IMG/VR virus record: IMGVR_UViG_3300037851_000618
Location: 1-45,153 of that record
Origin: a virus
Taxonomy: Duplodnaviria > Caudoviricetes
DNA length: 45,153 nucleotides
Strand: one strand, 5' to 3'
Shown here piece by piece: positions 10,801 through 18,974 of this stretch. Position numbers and translations under genes: made by a program. The notes under the pieces are model-generated. The model ran no database searches. It was not told where the DNA came from and saw nothing but the letters and a program-made list of their open reading frames with translations. Every line of letters begins with the position of its first letter. The stretch's first letter is position 1.

Positions 10801-11227
10801 CCTGATTAGAGAATAAAGACCATTTAACTGTTTTATCTGCCGGTTTGGTTACGTTAATCTTAAGATATACACAAGTTTCGTTTGGTATATTTAACTTAGA
10901 TAGATTATAGACACGCATCCTGCCTAGAGAATCCCTTTTGGTTATTTTTACAGAAACGTCTTTCGATTCATTCAATTCTACTCGTAAATCTTTACCAGCC
11001 ACTAAAGCCCATTCGTGAGTACAAATCTTAATGTCTTGAATACAGGGGTCTAAAGAATTACCTGCACATATAATTTTATCAGGTATAGTCTGGTTATCCC
11101 ATGTAGTAATTGTGATGCCATAATTAGGTAGATAAATAGCGAAAAATGATAAAAGAGCTAGAACAGTGCCAGAGCCATATATAAATATCTTTTTAGTCTT
11201 ACTATATGCTCTTTTTGTATAAGCCAT
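7844..11227 (-). CDS. Large membrane-anchored glycoprotein-like protein (1127 aa) with DUF2341-like and beta-sandwich domains
   Basis: N-terminal TM (IFIYGSGTVLALLSFFAIYL); 'WWNVSYLNKVMVQF' DUF2341-like start; many NxS/T; Pro linker then Cys-containing C-terminal module. Confidence 0.75.
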   Translation of the reverse strand: MAYTKRAYSKTKKIFIYGSGTVLALLSFFAIYLPNYGITITTWDNQTIPDKIICAGNSLDPCIQDIKICTHEWALVAGKDLRVELNESKDVSVKITKRDSLGRMRVYNLSKLNIPNETCVYLKINVTKPADKTVKWSLFSNQVVLDPVFESVIDYDKTTKTVSISNNQGKVAELQLVNLEQGVTNFDAEFRFLTYKKITLNNDDNYNWLSKVFTNISINTTVYMRNKVNVSYPNYGCKSYTELISVINGSPIQSCNETYVTDYYNVEYNADSPLTFNKYTYEANRNYTIIVKSNKKGNLGLFSADISPLIGGIDLEKYFVWWNVSYLNKVMVQFSENIGVFRSTDLIVVNLTHNGNYGRDCSGIDVSNASDNGALFFNVTPSGTTQCIVRIKVENITANSNATIGYIYYNNNSKITPRVLDLGHRNMYIFLDNFTDNNMYDNRTESGNYNWTRFSQSYANTCNSGACNLSITTATEYTISNNSNAPYTTWNNYTSWVRWRTYSITGSTTGFFYRQYTNKTYGGAASGWVGMDTYPASPTMRHLINNEAVNCGNSAYTLTLKTYQNAQFLQLLNSSIHFRQNNTFIKDYGCGGSLDTNTLRKGTIHLMGYAEQVEVDAVWMYATENWNTLGGTIYQYADFQVITPLNRTYPTINRSLYISSTTGLTATYFYELNNQPNVSFTPNINVTFLANIGANKIRIYSNTTDILFMQEMNFTVTEGTENINLSSLQHSFTRESIVSRTDSISSVNPNKAVLFSYTADSQDLKYRLNLSSATTIQIDKDALGGAGINWSYISYWVADFDTGVNVVRGTTSISSGRDISLDIGGYGSFNPDRSVILVSSSEQDALTATCQFVFANMTNSTRIHFSRGTTACNGPTNIHWQLVEFKDNTSIQQKTVRTTGLTYLEVPIEPLKNLSRAFVIMNGNTTGNSFAVQLNLSRDYMKIHQASTGSYEIAFWIMEMDTAESNVTRYDYTLTGNVGQINTTISQINLSRAVPFFIHKEDTINYATERVINFTSPTILQTTILQADPAYTGTATTHIVDFYSNVEAPAPPADTCTPTANQNWLIQCSDNCSIVGEVYDVKNITYNGAGNITFTHSNITYDFENRAQYCGVWKSLDSIYAPRLRPT

Positions 11228-11236
11228 GAAATCACC

Positions 11237-14200
11237 TTAGCATGGCCCACTATATAGATGAGTTCCGTTCCATGCGTTTATTTTAGCTACGCAGATACCA
11301 GACGAATCAAATATAAACATAGCAGAATTATTAGCTGCATTACTTGATTGTTTCATTGTTATGTTTGCTGTAGTATTGAAATAACCTGTTACTATTCCAC
11401 CTGTTAGATTTAGCTTCTGCCCTAGACTTGCATATACTGTATTATTATTTCCTGTTATTAATCCGGTTAAGGTTGTATTCATACTATTCATGTCTGTTAA
11501 GTTTGCTTTAGTTTTATTTAAGAACTGCAAAAAGTTCGATGTTGTTGTGTTGTCTGCACTTTGTTTTGTTTCCAGAGTACCGATTCTTGTATCCAGAGCT
11601 GTTAGATTTATCTGTATGCTATTATTATTTCCTGTTACTCTCGTATAAAGTAGTGTTAAATTATTCCATATCGAATTGTTGTCTGCTGTTTGCCTAGCAT
11701 ACAGAGTTTCTATTCTAGTAGCATTATTAAATAAATCTGTCTGATTAGCCTTTAGATTTAGTGAGTTTAAAACATCTGTTAAATTGGCTTTAGTGCCTAG
11801 TTGTGCTATGGTAGCATAAGTATTTCCTATTGTTGTATTCTCGGATGTCCATGAACTTATCTTGAAATAAGTTGCACCTATGGTTGTGTTTTCCGAGAGC
11901 CATGAACTTACAGAAAGTTTGGTATTTGTTATAGTAACATTATTAGACGATATTAATGTTGATAATGTTGTATTATCGGCTATTTGGTTACCTGTAACGT
12001 TTACACCTCTAACAAATAAGTCACCTGTAATATTAACATATGGAGCATTAATGAATATAGTTGAGCCGTTTTGTGAAATAAGTGATGTAGCCAAAGAGAT
12101 TGCCGAAGCAAAGTAGCCAAAAAATCCTACTTCTGTATCTCCTGTTACGTTACCTGCCCCTGCTACTATTCTATTAGCCAAAGCAGTAAGATTATTTGCT
12201 ATCGTTGTATTGTCACTTGATTGCCTTGAATAAAGACTTATATTTTGTATGAAAACATCGCCTGTGAAATTGCCTGCACCTACTACTGTTAATCTTTCTA
12301 AAGGTGAAAAAGTGCCTATTCCTACATTACCATTTGAAACTAATATTGCATAGTTATTTGTTGCACCTTCTGAGTTGAATAAAGCACCTACATTTGTTGT
12401 TGCTGTGCTGTCCGTTGTAACATTTAAAGCGTAAACTGTTCCACTATTTTCATGTTGATGTATGGTCATAGTTGTTGGTATTGTAGAAGTTGAAGAATCC
12501 ACTGTTAGTCTTACATTCGTGTTTGTTGCTACACCTAAACCGAATGTGTTACTCCCATACGCCAAATTAGTGTCACCCAATGTATCACTATCTGCCCAAT
12601 ATGGAACATAAGGATTGCTTCCACTACCATCTAAATACGTATCAGCTATGGTTGTATTATCAGAAGATTGCCTTATCCATAATAGAGATAGGTTATTCCA
12701 TACTGTTGTGTTGTCAGATGATTGTCTAACTTCCAAATTGCCTATCCTTGTACCTATAAGAGTAAGGTTTTCGGCTATGGTATTATTATTACTAGATATT
12801 GTTCCATTGACTATAACTATATCTATATTGTAGGCAAAGCCTGTATGTCCTGCTGTAGTATAATCTAAATTAGTCAAAAGCGAATGGTCTGTTACTGCAG
12901 GTGTTGGAGCAGAGCCACCAGATGATACAGTTCCACCAAGGAATCTGATATATGTAGTGCCTGTCCATGCTATGAAGGTAGGAACAGAAGGTCTGACTAT
13001 TGTTCTTGCTATTGGAACAAAGACTTGTTTAATTTCTGAATTTGGTGGGAAGTATGTTGTAGCTTCGTAGGCATCTTGTCTAGCTGTGGCATCTGTTGTA
13101 TATCTATTACCTGTTCCTGGGTCTGCCTGTAATACTGCCATTAAACGAGCCTGTGTTTCGCCTGTTCCTAGAGAAGCATTAACTGGTACAATACCCCATA
13201 CTATATTCTGTCTTTCCGTAGCACCAAGAACTACACCATTGGAATATTGATTAAGTGCCGAAAGGCTTGTGGCTTGAACAAAATGACCTGTTCCGTTAAT
13301 AAAGTAAAAGCCTGTAGATGTAGAGTTAAGTGTATTGGTTGTTTCCAGCTCATATATGCCATTGAAAAATGTGCCTACTGATATATTTATGTCCGTAGCA
13401 TTTGAAGTTGCATCAAAGCCACTTAAATAGAGAGTTCCTGATTCTTCAAATCTTTCAAGTATCCTATGTATAAATTCATTATTCTCGTATCTGTTTCTCG
13501 ACCATGCGAATATAACTGCCCTTGTACCTTGTATCTCACCTACCACTATAGTATCTATATCAATATGTGTATAAGATGGATATGATGGTGTAGAAGTTAA
13601 TTCTGGTATATTTCCATTCAATTTAAAGTGAACAAAATGAGTTACTGGTGTTGAATTAGTACCATTAGTTATATTAATCGAGTAGCTTGAAGTTCTATTT
13701 AATCCGTAACTTGTTCCATTAAAGTTGAGTTCGATATTATTCCCTGCGGAAACTGTATAATTCATCCAACTGTTTTGTACTGTATAACTGCTTAGTACAT
13801 CATCAAGAACTGTCTGTTTGAGTAAAGAATCTGTATGGCTCATATCATTAGAAAGGAAATGCCATTCATTTGTATCATCTTTAATCCATACATCTCCATT
13901 AATCTGTATATCATCACCGACTAAAAGGTCTGCACCTGTGGTTGTAGTATTACAATCTACCTTAAGAGATTCGTTTACAAAGGTCGAATACCCTACGCAG
14001 CTTGTAAGGTTTTCCGAGTTCTGAACATTAGGTATTTCATTAACTATCATAAAGCTTCTTGATATACCAGAAGCACTTGTTCCTTGACCATTCTGTATCC
14101 AGAAGTGAGGCATTACAGTTCCACTTGTTCCGTTACCCATTACAGCAAATAATAGCATGTTTGGTTGAAGTGAATTATTAGCATAAACCGAAAGAGAGCC

Positions 14201-15343
14201 ATTCCAAAGACCATTATCAGATTGGTTAGTTAAACGGACATTACCTATATAGAATGTTCCGTAATTGTTTACAGCACCTATGTTATTAATAAGATTTTTT
14301 TGTGTCGTGTTATCTGCTTCTAGCGTAGTTATCCTAGCTGATACTGTTACATTATTAGCATTGATTTTGTTGTCTTGTGTGGCATTATTTGAATTATGTG
14401 TATTATTAACGACCTGAATAGTGTTACTTAGTGTGGTGTTATCTGCTGATTGCCTTATTTCAAGATTTCCTATTCGTAGTCCCAGAGCCGATAAATTAAG
14501 ACTTATAGTTATGTTATCGCTTGATTGTTGAATTTCTAATGTACCTATTCTAAGCCCTAATGCCGAAAGATTAACCGATATGGTATTATTGTCTGAGGAT
14601 TGCCTAGCGTAAAGTTGCTCTATTCTGGTAGCGTTGTTGAACAAATCTGTTTGGTTAGCTTTGGTATTAAGAGTATTCGTAAGGGTAATATTATCACTAT
14701 ACGCTGTCACATTTATAGCATAAATCCAATCGTTCTGGGTATTATTGTCTACGTTTATTCTATTAGTAAGGGTTGTATTATCAGCTTCCTGTTGAGTTTC
14801 TATCGAGGTTATCCAATTATTTTGTGTGGTATTATCGGAATTTATCCTATTTGTCAAAGTTGTGTTACCAGATAAAAAATTAGCTATTGTCAAGTATGTA
14901 TTTTGGATTGTGCTGTTTTCTGATAGCCATGAAGACACTAGAAAATAAAGGTTTGATATTGTAGTATTGTCGGCATTAATCCGATTAGTGAGCGTGTTAT
15001 TATTAGCTGTAATCTTATTATTCTGGGTAGTGTTATCGGAAACAGATGATGAACTGCCAGATGAAATAGCATTAGCTAAAGTGGTATTATCTGAAATGTG
15101 TGCATTGTTTTGAGTAGTATTATCACTATTCATTCGTGTAAGTATATTTGTACCACCTAAAAATAGTGTACCGGTGAAGTTAGCGGTTTCATTAACGGAC
15201 AGAGTTTTAGTTATAACTGTAGTAGAATTATAAACACCATAAACCCATTGAAGAATAATATCTCCGGGAGGAGTCCATGCATAAGTAACGGTAGCTGTAA
15301 ATAAAAGTGCCACTATTAAGATTGGTATAACCTTTTTATTCAT
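11237..15343 (-). CDS. Secreted fibre/adhesin-like glycoprotein (1368 aa)
   Basis: Sec-type signal peptide MNKKVIPILIVALLFTATVTYA; repeated [SA]DN[TNI]T coiled-coil units; GNVGIGT fibre motif; more than 50 NxS/T sequons by manual count. Confidence 0.8.
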   Translation of the reverse strand: MNKKVIPILIVALLFTATVTYAWTPPGDIILQWVYGVYNSTTVITKTLSVNETANFTGTLFLGGTNILTRMNSDNTTQNNAHISDNTTLANAISSGSSSSVSDNTTQNNKITANNNTLTNRINADNTTISNLYFLVSSWLSENSTIQNTYLTIANFLSGNTTLTNRINSDNTTQNNWITSIETQQEADNTTLTNRINVDNNTQNDWIYAINVTAYSDNITLTNTLNTKANQTDLFNNATRIEQLYARQSSDNNTISVNLSALGLRIGTLEIQQSSDNITISLNLSALGLRIGNLEIRQSADNTTLSNTIQVVNNTHNSNNATQDNKINANNVTVSARITTLEADNTTQKNLINNIGAVNNYGTFYIGNVRLTNQSDNGLWNGSLSVYANNSLQPNMLLFAVMGNGTSGTVMPHFWIQNGQGTSASGISRSFMIVNEIPNVQNSENLTSCVGYSTFVNESLKVDCNTTTTGADLLVGDDIQINGDVWIKDDTNEWHFLSNDMSHTDSLLKQTVLDDVLSSYTVQNSWMNYTVSAGNNIELNFNGTSYGLNRTSSYSINITNGTNSTPVTHFVHFKLNGNIPELTSTPSYPSYTHIDIDTIVVGEIQGTRAVIFAWSRNRYENNEFIHRILERFEESGTLYLSGFDATSNATDINISVGTFFNGIYELETTNTLNSTSTGFYFINGTGHFVQATSLSALNQYSNGVVLGATERQNIVWGIVPVNASLGTGETQARLMAVLQADPGTGNRYTTDATARQDAYEATTYFPPNSEIKQVFVPIARTIVRPSVPTFIAWTGTTYIRFLGGTVSSGGSAPTPAVTDHSLLTNLDYTTAGHTGFAYNIDIVIVNGTISSNNNTIAENLTLIGTRIGNLEVRQSSDNTTVWNNLSLLWIRQSSDNTTIADTYLDGSGSNPYVPYWADSDTLGDTNLAYGSNTFGLGVATNTNVRLTVDSSTSTIPTTMTIHQHENSGTVYALNVTTDSTATTNVGALFNSEGATNNYAILVSNGNVGIGTFSPLERLTVVGAGNFTGDVFIQNISLYSRQSSDNTTIANNLTALANRIVAGAGNVTGDTEVGFFGYFASAISLATSLISQNGSTIFINAPYVNITGDLFVRGVNVTGNQIADNTTLSTLISSNNVTITNTKLSVSSWLSENTTIGATYFKISSWTSENTTIGNTYATIAQLGTKANLTDVLNSLNLKANQTDLFNNATRIETLYARQTADNNSIWNNLTLLYTRVTGNNNSIQINLTALDTRIGTLETKQSADNTTTSNFLQFLNKTKANLTDMNSMNTTLTGLITGNNNTVYASLGQKLNLTGGIVTGYFNTTANITMKQSSNAANNSAMFIFDSSGICVAKINAWNGTHLYSGPC

Positions 15344-15349
15344 TTCCCC

Positions 15350-15745
15350 CTACCTCCTTATTATTAAAAGAACTCTAACTTGCCTAGTATCCCCTAAATT
15401 AGCACCAGTCAAAGTCAAACTACCTAAAATCGGAACTTCACAGTTTTCATTTGAAGCACTTGTAACTGCCGAAGCATCCTGTTTCACCACTTGAGCTCTT
15501 GGAAAAGCAAATGTGTTAGCAGAATTGGATAAAGCTGTATTGGAATATACTCTGTGTGATCCATACGCAGCAGGTGTATCCAAAAATATATCGAAACTTG
15601 CACTGGGTTGTATATCAGGAGTCTCACCCGAAGCACCCGGTATTATAATAACTTCATGTAACAATCCAAAGATTTGAGTAAATGTATGTGTAGCATCTCC
15701 TGAAGCATCTGATGTCAATATTTTTTCCTTCATTTCATAATACAT
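15350..15745 (-). CDS. Small beta-sandwich virion protein, paralog A
   Basis: High similarity to 15750..16133; GAGGTGA RBS. Confidence 0.75.
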   Translation of the reverse strand: MYYEMKEKILTSDASGDATHTFTQIFGLLHEVIIIPGASGETPDIQPSASFDIFLDTPAAYGSHRVYSNTALSNSANTFAFPRAQVVKQDASAVTSASNENCEVPILGSLTLTGANLGDTRQVRVLLIIRR

Positions 15746-15749
15746 ATAC

Positions 15750-16133
15750 TCACCTCATAAAGATTAGGATTATAGTAACCTGTTTACCGGTTGCACCTAA
15801 GTTTGCTCCTGTTATAGTTATATCCCCCACTACAGGTGCTTCTACATTTTCATTTGAAGCACTTGTAACTGCGGTTGAATCCAACTTGATTACTTGAGCT
15901 CTTGGAAAAGCAAATGTGTTAGCTGTGTTGGATAGAGCTGTGTTAGTGTATAATGTTTGTGTTCCATGTCCTGCTTGTGAAGCTATTGTTATATCAAAGT
16001 TATTATCTGGTTGCACAGTTGCTGTTCCGGGTATGACTATAACTTCATATAAAAGACCAAAACACTGGCTAAATGTGGCTGTTGCAGAGCCACTTGCTGA
16101 GGTTATTGTTGTTTCTTTTGATTCAAAATACAT
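15750..16133 (-). CDS. Small beta-sandwich virion protein, paralog B
   Basis: Shares 'TALSNxANTFAFPRAQV..D..AVTSASNEN' with paralog A; AGGTGA RBS. Confidence 0.75.
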   Translation of the reverse strand: MYFESKETTITSASGSATATFSQCFGLLYEVIVIPGTATVQPDNNFDITIASQAGHGTQTLYTNTALSNTANTFAFPRAQVIKLDSTAVTSASNENVEAPVVGDITITGANLGATGKQVTIILIFMR

Positions 16134-16141
16134 CTAATCAC

Positions 16142-16324
16142 CTATTTTTTGGGCTTCGGTTTTACCGGTTTTGGAGATGGTTTTACTTCAGGTTTTGGTT
16201 CGGCTTCTGGTTTTGTATCAGGTTTCTTGAATATGGTACTGCCTACGAGCATCATATCTTTACCAGAACTGAAGCCACCTACTATAGTATATGTTCCATC
16301 TTTATTCTTTTTTAATTCAGCCAT
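16142..16324 (-). CDS. Small Lys/Pro-rich protein
   Basis: KP repeats at C-terminus; AGGTGA RBS before MAEL. Confidence 0.6.
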   Translation of the reverse strand: MAELKKNKDGTYTIVGGFSSGKDMMLVGSTIFKKPDTKPEAEPKPEVKPSPKPVKPKPKK

Positions 16325-16634
16325 TGCTATCACCTACGAATTTTTCGTAAAGACTAAAATGTTGTTGTGTTAATTTTTTGTCTTCACTCATCTTCTTCAA
16401 CTGTTCTGCGATTAATTCTTTCGCCTTTTCGCCAATATCAATTTCTGTGTCATGTGATTTTTCCGTATCCCATTTAACAAGGTTATCTTCCTGACGAATA
16501 TTCCATGCCTTTATTTCCTGATCTGTGAAACCTACCTTATCTATTGTCTGTCTTGTCACTTTTAAAGTAACATAACTACCTTCAGGCGGTAGCAAATCCA
16601 ATATCATTAATCTTTCCATCATACTCAATTCCAT
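16317..16634 (-). CDS. Hypothetical helical protein, possible fibre chaperone
   Basis: GGAGGAG RBS; follows the fibre-like gene. Confidence 0.6.
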   Translation of the reverse strand: MELSMMERLMILDLLPPEGSYVTLKVTRQTIDKVGFTDQEIKAWNIRQEDNLVKWDTEKSHDTEIDIGEKAKELIAEQLKKMSEDKKLTQQHFSLYEKFVGDSNG

Positions 16635-16687
16635 TCTCTACTCCTCCTATTCTAAGTTATATTAAAAGAAAATAAAAATCTTCTAAT

Positions 16688-17500
16688 TTACGCTATTCCT
16701 GATGCAAGTGGTATGTAAACTGTGCCTACACCGGCTATTGTACAAGCCAATTTATGTGAAGTCGTTATTGTACCTGAAGCTGTACTCAAGAAACCTGCTA
16801 CATCCTCGAAGTTGAATAGCACTGGCATTCTTCCACCATTGTATATAGTGAAACAACCATCGTTTGCTACAGTTCCGTTGTGTGACATTCTACATAGGTA
16901 ACTCGAACCAGAAGCCTTGACTTGCATGTGGGTATCTATCCACGTGGACCAGTCATAACCTGCGGAACTTCCACCAGACGTTCTGTCTATACAAGAATAT
17001 AGACCTACTGTGTATGGTGTTCCTGAGTTGGTATATGCGTTGGGTTGTGCATATCCCTGTACTGCATACAAATCTCCATGGTTATTTGCTCCACCGGAAG
17101 CTGAAAAGTTACCACATACGGTTGCTCCGGCTGCATCTGCCCTAGCTCGTACTCTCAGTGTTGCGTAATCTCCTGTTGTGGCTGCATTAGCACAAAGGAA
17201 TTTTACTGCACATTGACCTGCTGTTGAATGGCTAATCCATGTCGAACCAGTACTAATCAAAGTTCCGTCTGTCGCTGAATTAACAGTATTTGAGAATTTT
17301 ATTGTATTCGCAACGGAAGTACCTGTAAAGGTCATATTTCCACCTACGGAGAGATTGTCTGTTGCTGCATCTCCGAATGTGAATGTACCATTACATCTGA
17401 AATTTCCTTCTACTGTTAGATGACAATCTGAACTAAGTGTGTATGTTCCGGCTACTGAAAATGGTGAAGCCACTACACCTCTGCTGTGTGTCATAGTCAT
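16688..17500 (-). CDS. Putative head fibre/spike protein
   Basis: Gly/Ala/Thr/Ser-rich beta repeats; 'TFGDAATD' and C-terminal 'GTVYIPL'; downstream of capsid and decoration genes. Confidence 0.5.
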   Translation of the reverse strand: MTMTHSRGVVASPFSVAGTYTLSSDCHLTVEGNFRCNGTFTFGDAATDNLSVGGNMTFTGTSVANTIKFSNTVNSATDGTLISTGSTWISHSTAGQCAVKFLCANAATTGDYATLRVRARADAAGATVCGNFSASGGANNHGDLYAVQGYAQPNAYTNSGTPYTVGLYSCIDRTSGGSSAGYDWSTWIDTHMQVKASGSSYLCRMSHNGTVANDGCFTIYNGGRMPVLFNFEDVAGFLSTASGTITTSHKLACTIAGVGTVYIPLASGIA

Positions 17501-17554
17501 ATTTTTCCTTACTCCTGCCCGCTAAAGGGTCTTTTTATCCTGAAAAGGATAATG

Positions 17555-17580
17555 AAAAAAGAAAAGGGCAAAATGCCCCT
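17555..17580 (-). terminator. Putative terminator after capsid/decoration genes
   Basis: GGGCA-TTT-TGCCC hairpin followed by TTTTCTTTTTT on the minus strand. Confidence 0.55.
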
Positions 17581-17586
17581 CTTAGT

Positions 17587-17859
17587 TTATTTCTTCAGTA
17601 AACTACCTACCACAAATACTAAATATGTGTGATCTGTAGTTCCACCGGCAGCATCTATTGTTATAGTTGTTGTACTCACTGTTGCAGTTACACTATCTCC
17701 GGTTGTGAAATCGAAGGCGAATGCACCTGTCACTGTGGAGAACTCATTTGCTACACTGAAGGAATCTCCTGAATCGGCAGTAGCTGCTGTCAAATAGCCG
17801 ACTATTGTCAATTCGAGATTCGGTATCACTCTATATACTGTTGGGGTTATTGTTGCCAT
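17587..17859 (-). CDS. Putative capsid decoration protein
   Basis: 90 aa, Thr/Ala-rich beta protein directly after the MCP; AGGTGA RBS. Confidence 0.55.
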   Translation of the reverse strand: MATITPTVYRVIPNLELTIVGYLTAATADSGDSFSVANEFSTVTGAFAFDFTTGDSVTATVSTTTITIDAAGGTTDHTYLVFVVGSLLKK

Positions 17860-17868
17860 TTATATCAC

Positions 17869-18963
17869 CTATGCCAATCCGTATATACGATAACACCATG
17901 CTTCCTGTGCTATAACGAGTGTTATGTATTCCTTTATAGTGAATTTGTAGGAGTCACCGGTCTTTGCTAGTTCTTCAAGAGTTGCATCCTGAAGGACTCT
18001 TATCTGAATGTTGTTCTGAGTCACTGTATCCAAGACATACATTTCTCGGCTGCTTGCAGTTGTGCTCATGAATAGGTCAGGAATCATTGGAATTCCCTCG
18101 AATTCAATAGCCTGTATTCCCCAAGCAATCTGTACACCGGGATTTGGATAACGAAGCTGATCCTGTATCAAAGCCTTCACATCGTCAAGGGTTTTGTAGT
18201 CCGTAACGATAAGGTTTGGATGACCTTTTGCTTCTCTAATTGTTCGGATAGCATCTCTGATGTTTGCTAGTGTTATTGTTGCTGCTGATTTATTCAGCGT
18301 GTTCGTGGTTATTAATGCAACAAAGCCACTGAATGCGTTTTCATCGGTTACGCCACCGTCCACTGTACTACTTGTTGGGTTTCCATTTATTATACAGTTT
18401 TCTTCCATCTCTTTCAAAGCTCTGAAGTGAGCTTCGGTTTCGAGCTGGAGAGCTGACTGCCAAACCTGTGAAGCTATTATCATTGGACCTGAAACTTCAC
18501 CGGTTGCATACAGGAAACTCATTTTTCTTGCTGCTCTTGTATATGTTGCTACATCACTTGTCAATGCCGAACCTTCTGGCTTGAATTTTGCTGTTGGTAG
18601 AACAGTTCTTTTTACAATATCTGCAAATATTCCTCTGTTGGTTACTCTTGCGAGCAAACCGCTTGCCAGTGGAGTATCTCTCCTCGTCAAATCGTAAAGT
18701 TGTGAATCTACGAATGTTGGCAAGAGGACTGGAATGCTTCCAGATGTTGCTGAATACTGTGTACCGGTTGCCATTAGTGGGCTTGTGGATGTTAGCACTG
18801 ATTTTATTTCTTCAGTTCCCCATGGGGTAACTGTTCTCGCTTTTGCTTCTTCGACAGGTACTGCAGGAACGTGCATATAGACTGTTCCATTTGGTAGATT
18901 ACCAAAGGAGTTCATATATACAAGGTCTGTGTTTACGCCATCGGATGAGCCTATTTGTGCCAT
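17869..18963 (-). CDS. Major capsid protein (HK97 fold)
   Basis: Follows protease; 'RRDTPL', 'PEG', 'EMEENCIING', 'FSGF', 'GHPNLIVT' and 'FEGIPMIPD' HK97-type motifs; likely ATG 18963 after GAGGTG. Confidence 0.88.
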   Translation of the reverse strand: MAQIGSSDGVNTDLVYMNSFGNLPNGTVYMHVPAVPVEEAKARTVTPWGTEEIKSVLTSTSPLMATGTQYSATSGSIPVLLPTFVDSQLYDLTRRDTPLASGLLARVTNRGIFADIVKRTVLPTAKFKPEGSALTSDVATYTRAARKMSFLYATGEVSGPMIIASQVWQSALQLETEAHFRALKEMEENCIINGNPTSSTVDGGVTDENAFSGFVALITTNTLNKSAATITLANIRDAIRTIREAKGHPNLIVTDYKTLDDVKALIQDQLRYPNPGVQIAWGIQAIEFEGIPMIPDLFMSTTASSREMYVLDTVTQNNIQIRVLQDATLEELAKTGDSYKFTIKEYITLVIAQEAWCYRIYGLA

Positions 18964-18974
18964 ATTTATACACC

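Noticed and set aside
7844-11227. Equal length (1127 aa) with the junction-spanning protein as a sign of paralogy
   Set aside because: No alignable sequence visible by eye; treated as coincidence
15350-16133. Diversity-generating retroelement TR/VR pair
   Set aside because: Both copies are intact genes, differences are not adenine-specific, and no reverse transcriptase is present
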